DNA from: Bacteroidota bacterium
GTDB taxonomy: Bacteria > Bacteroidota > Bacteroidia > Bacteroidales > FEN-979
DNA: 64,000 nucleotides
Assembly (NCBI GenBank): GCA_026391835.1
Contig: JAPLDF010000067.1
Span: 48,120-112,119 of the forward strand
Reading direction: 5' to 3'
Made by a program: the position numbers and the translations under genes. The notes beneath the pieces are model-generated. The model was not told the origin of the DNA and did no database searches. It saw only the letters and a program-made list of their open reading frames with translations. Of the stretch, positions 1 to 10,446 are shown in pieces. Each line of letters begins with the position of its first letter. Position 1 is the stretch's first letter.

Positions 1-939
1 ATTCAGCAGGATCGGATGATTATACACCACATGGTTCCTGGGATTTCTTGTTGTGATATAGCGCACGGGCTGTTGCCCCGATTCCCGCAATTGATGCTGC
101 CACGCACTGTCAAGTTCAGTCAGCGATTGTTTGTACAGCTTTGTTTTCCACATCCCCGTTACCTTGCGGATACCGCTGTTAAACGGCACCACCATGAATG
201 GGTATTTTGCAACCCTGTCCATCGCGGTATTCCACAGGTCCGTGCCATACTTCTTTCGTGATTGGCCCACAAGGTAATAGCCCAGGGAGTAAGCATCAGG
301 GGTAAAAGTTTTGTAGGAACCCATCGTCGCTTTATCATAGGAGTAAAGTCCCTTTTCCACAACCTGCGCCCGGAGCGTACTTTCAAAGAGGGCCGACCGG
401 CCCCTTCCTGTTTTGGTCATGGCAGTTTCGGTTACCGTTGCATCTCCCTCGAGAAACCATGAGGGAACATACAACCCCAGGATCCCCCCGGTTATCTGTT
501 CACCAAAAATATAGTAAAGTGCCTTTGAAAATCCGCGGTTGACCTTGCTGATCTGGATGGCATGACGGTATTCATGAATGGCAAGCTGCTCCAGCCACTC
601 TTCGGCATAGGTCTGCTGTGGCGGGCAGGTATACAACTCAATGCGTTTTGGTGCCCATACCGTCAGCCCGTTGGAAGTGACAGTCTGGGTATGAAGAATG
701 ACCGGGATATGCGGAACCTTTGCAGACAGCGTTGTGGTTTCATTCCTGCAAATAATATCCATGATGTTGGCAAGATACTGTGCTTTTTTTTCGAAGGGTT
801 CCGGGAATATCAGCCGGTACCGGGCGGTTTTTATCTGCCGCCAGCGGATGGATGCCGGATCTTCACCTGAACTGTAATACTGGGCAAATCCGTTCAGGCC
901 CAGGAAAAGACATATAAAAAGCGATACCTTGATTTTCAT
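1..939 (-). CDS. Secreted/outer-membrane protein with N-terminal gluzincin-like (HEXXH...E) domain; runs off the left window edge
   Basis: Not in the ORF track. Manual translation from ATG at 939 gives MKIKVSLFICLFLGLNGFAQYYSSGEDP...LAIHEYRHAIQ...PSWFLEGDA, open to base 1, with a signal peptide. Confidence 0.75.
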   Translation of the reverse strand, partial: MKIKVSLFICLFLGLNGFAQYYSSGEDPASIRWRQIKTARYRLIFPEPFEKKAQYLANIMDIICRNETTTLSAKVPHIPVILHTQTVTSNGLTVWAPKRIELYTCPPQQTYAEEWLEQLAIHEYRHAIQISKVNRGFSKALYYIFGEQITGGILGLYVPSWFLEGDATVTETAMTKTGRGRSALFESTLRAQVVEKGLYSYDKATMGSYKTFTPDAYSLGYYLVGQSRKKYGTDLWNTAMDRVAKYPFMVVPFNSGIRKVTGMWKTKLYKQSLTELDSAWQHQLRESGQQPVRYITTRNPRNHVVYNHPILLN

Positions 940-1022
940 CTGGTTAAGTCACAGGTTGTCATTCCAAAATGGCAACCAGGCAATGGAATACAGGAACCTG
1001 GTCCATTCAGGGCTTTGGCTGC

Positions 1023-4000
1023 TTACCTGTTGATCAGCACTTTTCGTACTGTTTTGCCGGTGCCGTTGCTGAAAACGATCGAATAGAGCCCATTGGGCAC
1101 CGGGCGGAGGTCGATCTGCTGTTCAAGCATGCCATTGACCTGAACCTTTTCAAGTTCATAGATCTTATCGCCCAGTTGATTGTAAATCATGATGGTAAAG
1201 GTTTCCGGCGCCTGGCTCGTCATGCTGACCGTGAACTTCCCTTCGCTTGGTACCGGGTAAATGGTGAAATTGCCGGATTGCAACTCCTCCTGGCCGATCA
1301 TCACGACATAAACATGGTTGGAGGGAGGTGACGAGCATCCGTTCAGGGTGACAATACTCCAGTACCATCCCGACTGACTGGCATACAGTATTTGCCCGGT
1401 AGCTCCTGCAATAGCCCCGGTTCCTTCACGGTACCACTGGTTCCCGCCTGACGCGCTGCTGGTAATCACGTTGCCAGCCACGGTTACGACGGGGGCAGGA
1501 GGGACGGCATTCACGGTAACTGTGAAACCGGGTGACGGTGATCCGTTCCCGCAGCTGTTGTTGCCTGCCACGGTGATGGTGCCTGATACGGCATTCGCTG
1601 CGAAGTTGACGGTAATGTCATTGGTTCCGGCTCCTGACGCAATCGTGGCGCCTGCAGGAAGTGTCCAGACATATGCAGTGGCGTTCAGGATTTCGGCACA
1701 GGAGTATCCAACGCCATTTGTTCCTGCGCAAAGCGAGGCGGTTCCCGTAACAGGTCCTGCTGCGTTTGGCAGGGGATTTACAAACAGGTTGTATACGGTA
1801 GGTGTGACTGTAGTGCAACCGAATGAATTTGTAAAGCTGACATTAACCCATTGGGCTCCAACGCTGTTCCAGGTAACGTTTATAGTGCTTGTGCCCTGTC
1901 CCGAAACGAGAACTCCACCCGGACTGACGTTCCAGACGTAATTCGTCATCCCGGTATTGGTAAGATATTGGTTGTTGGTGGAATTGATACACGGGTCATT
2001 GCTGCTGCCGATATATGGAACCGCAGCAGGGTTTATCGTCACGTTGTAAACCGTTGGTGTAATTGCCACACACCCGGTGGGATTTGTATAGGTGACACTG
2101 ACTGTACGGTTCCCGGCATAAGGCCATGACACGGTGATGGCGTTTGTGCCCTGGCCAGAGATGATTGTCCCGCCAATGGAGACCGCCCAGTTGTAACTTG
2201 TCATGCCAGCCTCAGTTGAATAAACAATGTTTGCAGCATTGGCACAAACCACGCCTGGTCCCGAAATGGTCGGGACTGGAAGCGGAACCACCGTCAAAGC
2301 ATAGGAAGACGGGACAGCCGGTGTGCAACCTGTTGCATTTATATAGGTTACGGTTACTGTTTGAGGTCCCGCGGTGCCCCAGCTTACTGTGATGCTGTTG
2401 GATGTCGATCCACCCGTGATGGTACCGCCGGTCGAAACAGTCCATGCATACCCGGTCATCCCGGCTTCGGTGGTGTAGATATTTCCGGTGGAGTTGATGC
2501 AAACACTTGCCGGGCCTGAAATGGCAGGGACCGGCTGGGGAATCACAGTAACCGCCAGTGCGGTTCCGGGTGTTCCTGCGCCGCAAACACTGGTACCATA
2601 AACAGTAATGTTGCCAGACACGGCAGCGGCCGAAAAGCTAACGGTGATCGAGTTGGTATTCGTACCCGCGGTGATTGATGCCCCGGCAGGAAGCGTCCAT
2701 ACATAGGAAGTTGCATTGGCAATGACCGGCACAGTGTAAACATAGCCTGACCCGTTTTTGCAGACATTCGCAGGCCCGGTGATGGTACCTGCGGTTGATG
2801 GTGCAGGACAGGTCGTGGTAAAGGACAGGTCGTTTCCATAGGCCGTTCCCTGCACATTTGTACCGACAATCCTGAAATGATACGTAGTATTCTGCGTAAG
2901 GCCGGTGATGTTGCCAAAGGCGGAACTTGTACCTCCTCCGTTTACAGTTGCCGGGGTTGCAATAACAGTTGACCCGTAACTGGCAGTTAATCCGTATTCG
3001 AACGAAACGGCAGTGGTATTGTACATGGCGATCACTTCACCATTCAATGCGGCGGAATTGGGGCCGATCAAATTGGCAGGATTGGTAACAACAGCCGGTT
3101 TGGGTTGCGAACCGGTAAAGGTCCCAAAAGCGGAAAGACCCGGTGCAATGACCTGGTAAAGGCCATAGTCAACAATGCCGAAATCGGTGAACGGGGCAGG
3201 CACAACCTGCATCGAGAAGATCTGGGTATTGGTACCGGTCACATCGGCCGGGACATACTGGAATATTGCAGAACAATTGAAAGCCGTTATGGCCGAAGAT
3301 GTGACATTCCAATAACGGTTCAGGTAGCTTGAGGTATTCGGATCGGAAGGGAATTTGGCATTGACCAGGTTCACTGCTGTGAAATTGCCTGTTGCGAATA
3401 CCCCTGAGCTGAAGTTCAGGGTGACAGGCGAATATTCCGGGATGCCGGTATTGTCGCCAACCGGGAAGATGAAACTGCCGGTAAAGCCGGTAACGAAACT
3501 TTTCTGCAACTTGCCTGTACCGGTGGCAACAACCATGGCCAGCGACGACGGTGTGCCAATGATGGCAGAGGTAGCCGACAAATTCAGGTTGTTTGATCCG
3601 AGTGTGAGAAAACCGCTGGTCAGTTCCAGGTTACCGTTCAAATTCAACGGGGAATTCAGGCTGACACCTCCATTGCCTGCAATTTCGAGGCTAAGGTTTG
3701 AGTTCATTGTCATTGTTCCGTTGACTGTGACCGATTGGGGAGTGGTTCCCGACAACGTAAGGGTGGTTGCAGAAGCGGGGGTGAAATTCAGGATGGCGCC
3801 TGCCTGGACCAGGATGTTGCCTTTGACCTGGTGGAGGCCTGATGTCGGACCCGTCATGTTGAAGTTGAAGGTGCCATTGGTAATGGTCAGGTTATCGATT
3901 GAAACCGGGCTGCCGCCGGTAGGGGTGAGGGTTACCCCTGTTGCATCCATCTCGAAGTTTGCATACGTTCTTCCCGAAAATGACGGGGAGAGGTTGGCCA

Positions 4001-6380
4001 TAACCTTGAACAGGCTCCCGGTCTGGAATATGACAACGCTGTTGGGCTGACCTGCGCCGAAGGGATTGCTGCCGGCCAGCTGAAGGTAAGCGGAGCCACC
4101 TGCAAATATGACAGAGTTCAGGGAAGATGTGCCAAACGGGTTGCCCGAAAAAAAACTTCCTGCCGTGAAGGTTGAACCGGCATTGAACACAATGCTCCCT
4201 GGATCTGCACCGGTAAGCCGGTGAGCCGTGGTTGCAGTGGCTGAAAATTTCATATTTCCGCTGATGCTGCCGGTTGCAGTCGTTGCGACGATGATGGAGA
4301 TGGCATTGGCTGCATTCAGGTTCAGGGAGCAGCCTGCCGGGATTTCGAGGTCGGTGCCGGCAGACCCGGTGATGGTCAGAACCGCTGCAGCGGCGCTTTG
4401 AAGGTTGATGGTTGTATTGCTGGCCATAACCAGTTTCGAAATTGTCTGTGTCGTAACTCCTGTTACAGTTTTGGTGGTTCCGTCATTGAACTGGAGGATG
4501 TCTGCCGTTGTCGGGGTCGTCCGGGTTGGATTCCAGTTCCCCGGTGTGCCCCAGCTTCCGTTGTCGGCACCCTGCCAGGTGTAAATTGTTGAAGGAACTC
4601 CGGTGGTGGTTGCATTTGATGCGGGGATCACAGGCGCCGTATAGTAATTATAGGTTTGGTTGTTGGCTCCATCCCATGCAAACGGGATGATGGTAAAAGA
4701 ATACTGGGTTCCGGAAGATAATCCTGTAATTGATTTGTTCAATGCAGAGCCGGGGGTTACGATTGCTGCAACAACTCCGTCGCCAAGCACACTCCCCGGA
4801 AGGTAATCTGTTCCGTCGGCAGGAATTCCGCTGGGTGCGGCTGGTCCTGCTTTTTGCAGGATGATATATCCGTCGGCTCCGGCTGCAGCTGCACTCCAGG
4901 TGAGGTTTATGCTGGTGTTGCCCGTGGTGGTTGCAGTAAAACCTGTAACATGTGAAGCAGGTTCATCTGACAAGGTAAAGAAGGACCCTTCGCCTGTGAG
5001 GCTTGTTCCAACGCTGTTGCTTGCAAATGCCTTGAAATAAATATGGGTTTGCGGCGGAAGGCCGGTCCGTGGGTGTGAAAAAATACCGGTCAGGGTGCTG
5101 CCTTCAGGGAGTTTATTATTGGTGATCGTTACTCCCGGCGTTGTATTCCATACTGTGCCGCGTTCGGTAAGGACTGTGCCTCCATCGTATGTAACTGTTC
5201 CGCCAAGGGTGGCCGAGGTGTTGGTGATTGCTGCAACAGTCGGAAGTGAAATCGCCGGAGGTGTTAACAAAACAGGAGTGACCTGGCTGTTCGGGTTCAA
5301 GGTTGCGGTGGTGGTGAGATATTTGGTGGAACTGCCTGTTCCGTTATACTCATAAACCCTGTACCAGTAAGTTGTATTCCCCACCAGCCCGGTGACCGGG
5401 ATGGTGTTACCGGTTCCGTTGTATATCACCTGCTGGCCTGATCCTCCGTAAACGGGATTTGCAACCGGATCGGCACCATCGGCAGGACTGGTAAATGTAT
5501 TCGTGGTATTAACCAGGGTGATGCGTTTTGCGCCGTCACCATTGGTCCAGGTGGCTGTCATGGTATTGGCGGTAATTCCGCTGAAAGTGATGTCATGTGC
5601 CTGGATGGTCGGTGCAACAATTGCCACGGCTGGAACAACATCGGGCCAGGTAAGCCCGATCCTGATTCCATCCACCTGGAGTGCTGCAGCGCTTGTGGCT
5701 GAACCCTGCCTGAGGGCGATCAGGCCAATGTTCAATGCGTCGGTTTGCGTATTGTCAATATAGGAAATGGTTGGTGAACCCGGCTCAGGAGCGCCGATAG
5801 ACGGATTGATATAGATTGAAACATTGTCATCGGTAGTTGTCCCGGCAACAAACTGATATTTTAATACGATGAGATAAGTGGTATTCAATGCATATGTATA
5901 CCCGGTATAAGCAACAGTCGTGGATGATTTCGAAATCCCGAAGGCGATACTGCTGGTGGCGGCATCCTTTTTTATAAAAACGCGCCCCTTAAAAACATTT
6001 CCTGTGATGGGTGACTCGGCAAAATGAATAAAATAGTCACCGGTGGTTTGGGCCGAACTCACCGAAACCAGGAACCCGGCATATACGGAACCTGTTGTTT
6101 GCATAGCAAACGTGTTATTGACATCCTGACCGGTTGTGGTCATATCTGCAGCATTCCCAATGCCTGAAGATAGGTAACCTGCAAAATTAAGGCCGCTGGC
6201 AGATACCAGAATCGGGTTCGTCACCGTGGTGCCGGTTTGCACCCATCCGTTGGAAGTCAAAGGTGTTGCTGCCGCATAGTCGAAGTTTTCATTCAGCAAT
6301 AACTGTCCAAAACCAATTCCGTGAAAACCCAGTGTGATCACCGCTGAAATAAGGAATGTCAAAAATGTAAATTTTCTCAT
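1023..6380 (-). CDS. Large T9SS type-A cargo surface protein (~1785 aa) with N-terminal beta-sandwich, FnIII-like and PKD-like repeats, and CTD
   Basis: Signal peptide from MRKFTF (ATG 6380, downstream of the TATTTTTG promoter box). Thr/Gly/Ser-rich Ig-like repeats (ISGPxxVC...YxWxV). C-terminal IYPVPSEG...GLYSIVF...KVLINR sorting domain. Confidence 0.85.
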   Translation of the reverse strand: MRKFTFLTFLISAVITLGFHGIGFGQLLLNENFDYAAATPLTSNGWVQTGTTVTNPILVSASGLNFAGYLSSGIGNAADMTTTGQDVNNTFAMQTTGSVYAGFLVSVSSAQTTGDYFIHFAESPITGNVFKGRVFIKKDAATSSIAFGISKSSTTVAYTGYTYALNTTYLIVLKYQFVAGTTTDDNVSIYINPSIGAPEPGSPTISYIDNTQTDALNIGLIALRQGSATSAAALQVDGIRIGLTWPDVVPAVAIVAPTIQAHDITFSGITANTMTATWTNGDGAKRITLVNTTNTFTSPADGADPVANPVYGGSGQQVIYNGTGNTIPVTGLVGNTTYWYRVYEYNGTGSSTKYLTTTATLNPNSQVTPVLLTPPAISLPTVAAITNTSATLGGTVTYDGGTVLTERGTVWNTTPGVTITNNKLPEGSTLTGIFSHPRTGLPPQTHIYFKAFASNSVGTSLTGEGSFFTLSDEPASHVTGFTATTTGNTSINLTWSAAAAGADGYIILQKAGPAAPSGIPADGTDYLPGSVLGDGVVAAIVTPGSALNKSITGLSSGTQYSFTIIPFAWDGANNQTYNYYTAPVIPASNATTTGVPSTIYTWQGADNGSWGTPGNWNPTRTTPTTADILQFNDGTTKTVTGVTTQTISKLVMASNTTINLQSAAAAVLTITGSAGTDLEIPAGCSLNLNAANAISIIVATTATGSISGNMKFSATATTAHRLTGADPGSIVFNAGSTFTAGSFFSGNPFGTSSLNSVIFAGGSAYLQLAGSNPFGAGQPNSVVIFQTGSLFKVMANLSPSFSGRTYANFEMDATGVTLTPTGGSPVSIDNLTITNGTFNFNMTGPTSGLHQVKGNILVQAGAILNFTPASATTLTLSGTTPQSVTVNGTMTMNSNLSLEIAGNGGVSLNSPLNLNGNLELTSGFLTLGSNNLNLSATSAIIGTPSSLAMVVATGTGKLQKSFVTGFTGSFIFPVGDNTGIPEYSPVTLNFSSGVFATGNFTAVNLVNAKFPSDPNTSSYLNRYWNVTSSAITAFNCSAIFQYVPADVTGTNTQIFSMQVVPAPFTDFGIVDYGLYQVIAPGLSAFGTFTGSQPKPAVVTNPANLIGPNSAALNGEVIAMYNTTAVSFEYGLTASYGSTVIATPATVNGGGTSSAFGNITGLTQNTTYHFRIVGTNVQGTAYGNDLSFTTTCPAPSTAGTITGPANVCKNGSGYVYTVPVIANATSYVWTLPAGASITAGTNTNSITVSFSAAAVSGNITVYGTSVCGAGTPGTALAVTVIPQPVPAISGPASVCINSTGNIYTTEAGMTGYAWTVSTGGTITGGSTSNSITVSWGTAGPQTVTVTYINATGCTPAVPSSYALTVVPLPVPTISGPGVVCANAANIVYSTEAGMTSYNWAVSIGGTIISGQGTNAITVSWPYAGNRTVSVTYTNPTGCVAITPTVYNVTINPAAVPYIGSSNDPCINSTNNQYLTNTGMTNYVWNVSPGGVLVSGQGTSTINVTWNSVGAQWVNVSFTNSFGCTTVTPTVYNLFVNPLPNAAGPVTGTASLCAGTNGVGYSCAEILNATAYVWTLPAGATIASGAGTNDITVNFAANAVSGTITVAGNNSCGNGSPSPGFTVTVNAVPPAPVVTVAGNVITSSASGGNQWYREGTGAIAGATGQILYASQSGWYWSIVTLNGCSSPPSNHVYVVMIGQEELQSGNFTIYPVPSEGKFTVSMTSQAPETFTIMIYNQLGDKIYELEKVQVNGMLEQQIDLRPVPNGLYSIVFSNGTGKTVRKVLINR

Positions 6381-6428
6381 ACTGCTAAGTTTTTTAACCC
6401 GGGGCTTCAACCCCGGTATTAGAACATA

Positions 6429-6436
6429 CAAAAATA
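6429..6436 (-). promoter_or_regulatory. Bacteroidota sigma-70 -7 box (TAnnTTTG)
   Basis: TATTTTTG on the minus strand ~50 bp upstream of ATG 6380. Confidence 0.6.
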
Positions 6437-6479
6437 GGAACTAACTGGCACAATGCCTATGTTTTGTTAAGAATTAATG

Positions 6480-6517
6480 CAAAATAAAAGAGGCTGCCCC
6501 GGTTTTGGGATAGCCTC
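6480..6517 (-). terminator. Intrinsic terminator of the 6594-10310 gene
   Basis: Minus strand GAGGCTATCCC-AAAACC-GGGGCAGCCTC followed by TTTTATTTT. Confidence 0.65.
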
Positions 6518-6534
6518 CTTGCATATGTTAAATG

Positions 6535-6581
6535 ATGTAGGGACACACCATGGTGTGTCCCTACATGGTGTGTCCCTACAT
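6535..6581. repeat. GTAG-type REP-like palindrome with duplicated right arm
   Basis: Perfect 32-bp palindrome ATGTAGGGACACACCATGGTGTGTCCCTACAT (6535-6566). ATGGTGTGTCCCTAC is tandemly repeated (6550-6564, 6565-6579). Confidence 0.75.
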
Positions 6582-6593
6582 TGCGTTGGGAAT

Positions 6594-9500
6594 CTAATTG
6601 GTCAGGATGATTTTTACCGTTTGAACTTTTTCACCGGCAGAAACTTTCACAAAATAGATCCCCGGAGGGTTGCCTTTGATAGAGAGTTCCTGCTTGCGTA
6701 ACCCCTGGAATTCAGTGGTCAGGATTCTTCCTCCAAGTGTGCCCAATACTTCAACTTTAACCTGGCCTGAAGTAAGGTCGCCACGTTGTTCGATGGTGAA
6801 AACGCCGCTGGTCGGGTTCGGGTAAATTTTAAAGGAATTGTCCATGAGGCTGAGCCCGCTTTCTTCAACAGGTACAAGCTTCTCAGGTGCTTTGCCTGAA
6901 CAGTAAGGACCGGCAGGGGCGATATGTCCCCACATGTAACCGCCTGCATTAACTTTGGTGCCAGGCAGGTAGATGATGTTCTGGCCTGCAATCATCGTTG
7001 CGCCGCCATTCAGGAGAACCTCAAAGGTGGTACCATTGCCTGCCACGGTTATGGTTTGGGTGGCATTGTAGCAAATTGCTTCGCCTGCTGCAACCGTTCC
7101 GGTCACTGCCAGGGTCGATGGAATTCCGGTCACTGCCATCATGATCTGGTTGGAGTTGGCCGGGCTGCCTGTTGTGCATGAAATGCTTGAAGTAACGGTA
7201 CAGACCACAACATCATTGTTAAGAGGGACATAGGTATAGGTACTGCTGTTTGTTCCTACTGTAATACCGTTGACTTTCCAGACAAATACCGGGGTGATTC
7301 CTCCGTTTAAAGGAGTAGCGGTAAAGGTTACAGAAGTACCCGAATTCACCGGGTTTGCCGATGCCACAATTGAAACACTCACTGCTACCGGCTGGTTGGT
7401 AACAATCGGATAAAGTTCCGATCCGTTGCCGTCGCCGCATTCGTTGAATCCGAATACGCTGACATCTCCCGAAGAGGTGCCTGCATTGAACGTCACAGTT
7501 ACGGTATTGGTTGTTTCACCCGAAACAAAGGTTGTACCTAAGGGGAAGGACCATACATATTCTGTGGCATTCGCAATGGCAGGTACCGTGTAAATATATT
7601 GTGTGGTACCATTGGCACAAACAGTTGTCGGACCGGAAATCACGCCGGCATCGTCAGGGGTCGGGCAGGTGGTGGAGAAGACCTGGTCGGCTCCGTTGGA
7701 TGTACCATTGGTATTGCTGGCGGTAATTCTGAAATGGTAGGTTTTGTTGAACGCCAGGCCTGTAAGGTTAGCCGTTACAGGTGTAGTCAAATTACCCGTA
7801 ACCGAAGCAGGAACACCGGCGACTGTTGTACCATACGTTTCGGAAAGTCCATACTCAAAATTCACCGATGTGGTCTGGTTGTTTGCATTGACGGTGCCAT
7901 TCAGTATGGCAGTGGTGCTTCCAACGCTGGTGGCTAAATTCGTGATAACAGTAGGAGCCAGGGTTGTGGCTGCAGAAGCACGGATCACGATGTTATCGAG
8001 GCGGTTATTGCCGGTTGGTGAAGAAGCTCCATTGTATATGATTCTCAGGTATACTTCAGGTGCGCCATCCACTGCATTGATAGAACTCAGATCGAGGGTT
8101 TTGGTGACAAACGACGAGCCGGTGTTGGCTGTATTGGTTCCGAAATCTGTGAATGTTGATCCATTTATACTCCAGGCCCACTGGTGGGTGTTAAACCCTG
8201 TAGCGGTACCACGGGTTACAAATGTTAATATTGGATCCTGTAAGGCAGACATGGAGAATTTAATGACCATGGCTTTCCCATTTGCATAGGGGCTCACGCC
8301 TCCTGCAGGGCAATAGGAGACTCCTGATACAATTGCCGCACCTTCTCTCGGGTCATTCAGGGTGGTTCCGGAAAAGGCATCCAGTTCTGTATCCACGAGG
8401 GAGCATATGAACGCTGAAGATCCATTTGATCCATCAGCATATAAAGTTGCCGAGTTCATCTGAGTTCCAAAATTGGCAGGAACAAATAACGGGGTATTTG
8501 GCTTTGCAGGGGTGTCATCGAATGTCCATGCTGCGAGAGGTTGAATAAAAGCCGATGTAAAAACATCTGCTAAAGGAGCTGCCGGAATGAGTTTATAATC
8601 GATGCTGGTACCGGTATTGGTATAAGCATAGATCGCAAAATAATAGTGTGTGGAACTGGTTAACCCGGTCCAGGTATAGGTCTGAGCTCCGTGGTTTACA
8701 TATACGAAACCACTGCCATCGGTCAGGTTGGGATCGGAGGTTGGCTGGCTGCCATCAACAGGATTGGTGAAAGTGCCGGTAAGGTTGGCCATAATTAAAA
8801 ATCCTGTGGCAGCCTGGGTTCCGTCATTGTCAGCCCAGGTGTTGGTAACGGAAGAATAGCTTGGTGAGGTTGCTGCAAATGCAGAAGCCTGGTTTGTTGG
8901 TTCACCAAAAAGTGTTGTGAAACTTGATTCTGCTGAAAGTGACGGACCTGCATTATTGATTGCATAGGCGGCATAATGAATCAGCGTGTTAAACGGAAGT
9001 CCGGTACGGGTATGTGTGAATACACTTATTGCAGTTCCTCCTTCAGCAAGTTTGTTGTCGGAAATGGTTACAGGCGTTGTCAGACTCCAGACGGTACCCC
9101 GTTCTGTAATGGGGCTGCCTCCGTCGGCAGTAATAGTGCCGCCCAGCAAAGCAGAGGTAGCAGTGATGGCGGTGGCAGTCGGAGTGGTAACAATTGGAGG
9201 AGTCGCAGTGGCAGCGGTGGCCTGGCTTAGTGGGTTATTGGCGCCAACAAGACCGCAATAAACAGTACCTGCACCGGCTCCATTGTATTCCCATGCCTTG
9301 AACCAGTATGTGGTTGCGGTAGAAAGACCGGTTACGGTAACAGAACTCCCGGCTCCGTTATAGATCACCTGTTCACCGGGTCCGGTATATGCCGCACTGG
9401 CAGAGGGAGATGTACCATCACCGGGTGTGGTAAAGGAGTTGCTGGTATTGATCTTGACAACCCTGTTCGTGCCATTTCCATTGGTCCAGGCCACATCCAT

Positions 9501-10310
9501 CTGGTTTTGCAGAATGTTGGCAAACGTGAAATCCCGAGTCTGGGTGGTTGGTGCAGTGATCGTACCGGTCGGCGTTACATCTGCCCATGCCGTACCAATT
9601 CTGAATTCATCCATTTCGATAAAAGGGGTGGCGCTGGTACCGTCCTGGCGGATTAAGATGCGGTTAACATTGGCAAGGTCAGCCAGAGTGGCATTTTTAG
9701 CCACCACGGTTGGAGCAGGCGCTGTACCACCGAAAGTGGCGGCGTCAGGATTTATCCACATTTTAACAGAGTCATTTGATGCACCGGTTTCTATCTTATA
9801 AGCGATGACAACCAACATGGTTGAATTGAGAGCAGTTGTTCCTGCCGACCATACCGTATTGGCTGCTGTGGTTCTGGGATTTATACCCAGGTCAAAACCG
9901 GCACCGTCGCTCCTGCTCCATATTGTAGCACCAAAGGTGGTTGTAGTTCCTTCGGTAAATCCTCCAAAATACCCGCCGGTTGTATTTAAACTTCCCAAAG
10001 CGGTTATTTTCATGATAAATGAAAAATAAACGGTACCTGCTGTTTGCTGGGTGAACAATTTGGCGGCGTCAACACCGGCTGCATCAAAAGTTAATTTGTT
10101 ACCGCTTGAGGCAGCAAGGTTGGGGTATGTCAAATTGCCGGATGCAATTAAAAGGCTGTCTCCGGAATTTAATTTTGTCCAGTTTGCCTGGGACGACAGG
10201 GATAATCCTGGTGTATAGTTCAATGCATCGTAATGGGGCAATGTTACTTGTCCAAATCCAAGGATGCTAATGCCTATGGCCAGGATAAATAGTACTAAAT
10301 ACTTTTTCAT
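6594..10310 (-). CDS. T9SS type-A cargo surface protein (1238 aa), paralogue of the downstream gene
   Basis: Signal peptide, FnIII-like modules, CTD FKIYPNPTSG...PGIYFVKV...KIILTN. Shares N-terminal domains with 1023-6380. Confidence 0.85.
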   Translation of the reverse strand: MKKYLVLFILAIGISILGFGQVTLPHYDALNYTPGLSLSSQANWTKLNSGDSLLIASGNLTYPNLAASSGNKLTFDAAGVDAAKLFTQQTAGTVYFSFIMKITALGSLNTTGGYFGGFTEGTTTTFGATIWSRSDGAGFDLGINPRTTAANTVWSAGTTALNSTMLVVIAYKIETGASNDSVKMWINPDAATFGGTAPAPTVVAKNATLADLANVNRILIRQDGTSATPFIEMDEFRIGTAWADVTPTGTITAPTTQTRDFTFANILQNQMDVAWTNGNGTNRVVKINTSNSFTTPGDGTSPSASAAYTGPGEQVIYNGAGSSVTVTGLSTATTYWFKAWEYNGAGAGTVYCGLVGANNPLSQATAATATPPIVTTPTATAITATSALLGGTITADGGSPITERGTVWSLTTPVTISDNKLAEGGTAISVFTHTRTGLPFNTLIHYAAYAINNAGPSLSAESSFTTLFGEPTNQASAFAATSPSYSSVTNTWADNDGTQAATGFLIMANLTGTFTNPVDGSQPTSDPNLTDGSGFVYVNHGAQTYTWTGLTSSTHYYFAIYAYTNTGTSIDYKLIPAAPLADVFTSAFIQPLAAWTFDDTPAKPNTPLFVPANFGTQMNSATLYADGSNGSSAFICSLVDTELDAFSGTTLNDPREGAAIVSGVSYCPAGGVSPYANGKAMVIKFSMSALQDPILTFVTRGTATGFNTHQWAWSINGSTFTDFGTNTANTGSSFVTKTLDLSSINAVDGAPEVYLRIIYNGASSPTGNNRLDNIVIRASAATTLAPTVITNLATSVGSTTAILNGTVNANNQTTSVNFEYGLSETYGTTVAGVPASVTGNLTTPVTANLTGLAFNKTYHFRITASNTNGTSNGADQVFSTTCPTPDDAGVISGPTTVCANGTTQYIYTVPAIANATEYVWSFPLGTTFVSGETTNTVTVTFNAGTSSGDVSVFGFNECGDGNGSELYPIVTNQPVAVSVSIVASANPVNSGTSVTFTATPLNGGITPVFVWKVNGITVGTNSSTYTYVPLNNDVVVCTVTSSISCTTGSPANSNQIMMAVTGIPSTLAVTGTVAAGEAICYNATQTITVAGNGTTFEVLLNGGATMIAGQNIIYLPGTKVNAGGYMWGHIAPAGPYCSGKAPEKLVPVEESGLSLMDNSFKIYPNPTSGVFTIEQRGDLTSGQVKVEVLGTLGGRILTTEFQGLRKQELSIKGNPPGIYFVKVSAGEKVQTVKIILTN

Positions 10311-10338
10311 ACGGTTTGGTTTTTCGTTAAATTTTGTA

Positions 10339-10346
10339 CAAAAATA
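10339..10346 (-). promoter_or_regulatory. TAnnTTTG -7 box
   Basis: TATTTTTG upstream of ATG 10310. Confidence 0.6.
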
Positions 10347-10446
10347 GAAATTAAAAAAGGAGAAAATATCAAATGTTGAGAATTAATAAAAACTTAATAT
10401 GACCGAACCGGCCATCGACATTTGCTGGCTCTCAACGCAGAATATC

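Noticed and set aside
1471-10029. Many long plus-strand ORFs opposite the two T9SS cargo genes
   Set aside because: Antisense shadows of Thr/Gly/Asn-rich coding sequence; no independent motifs.
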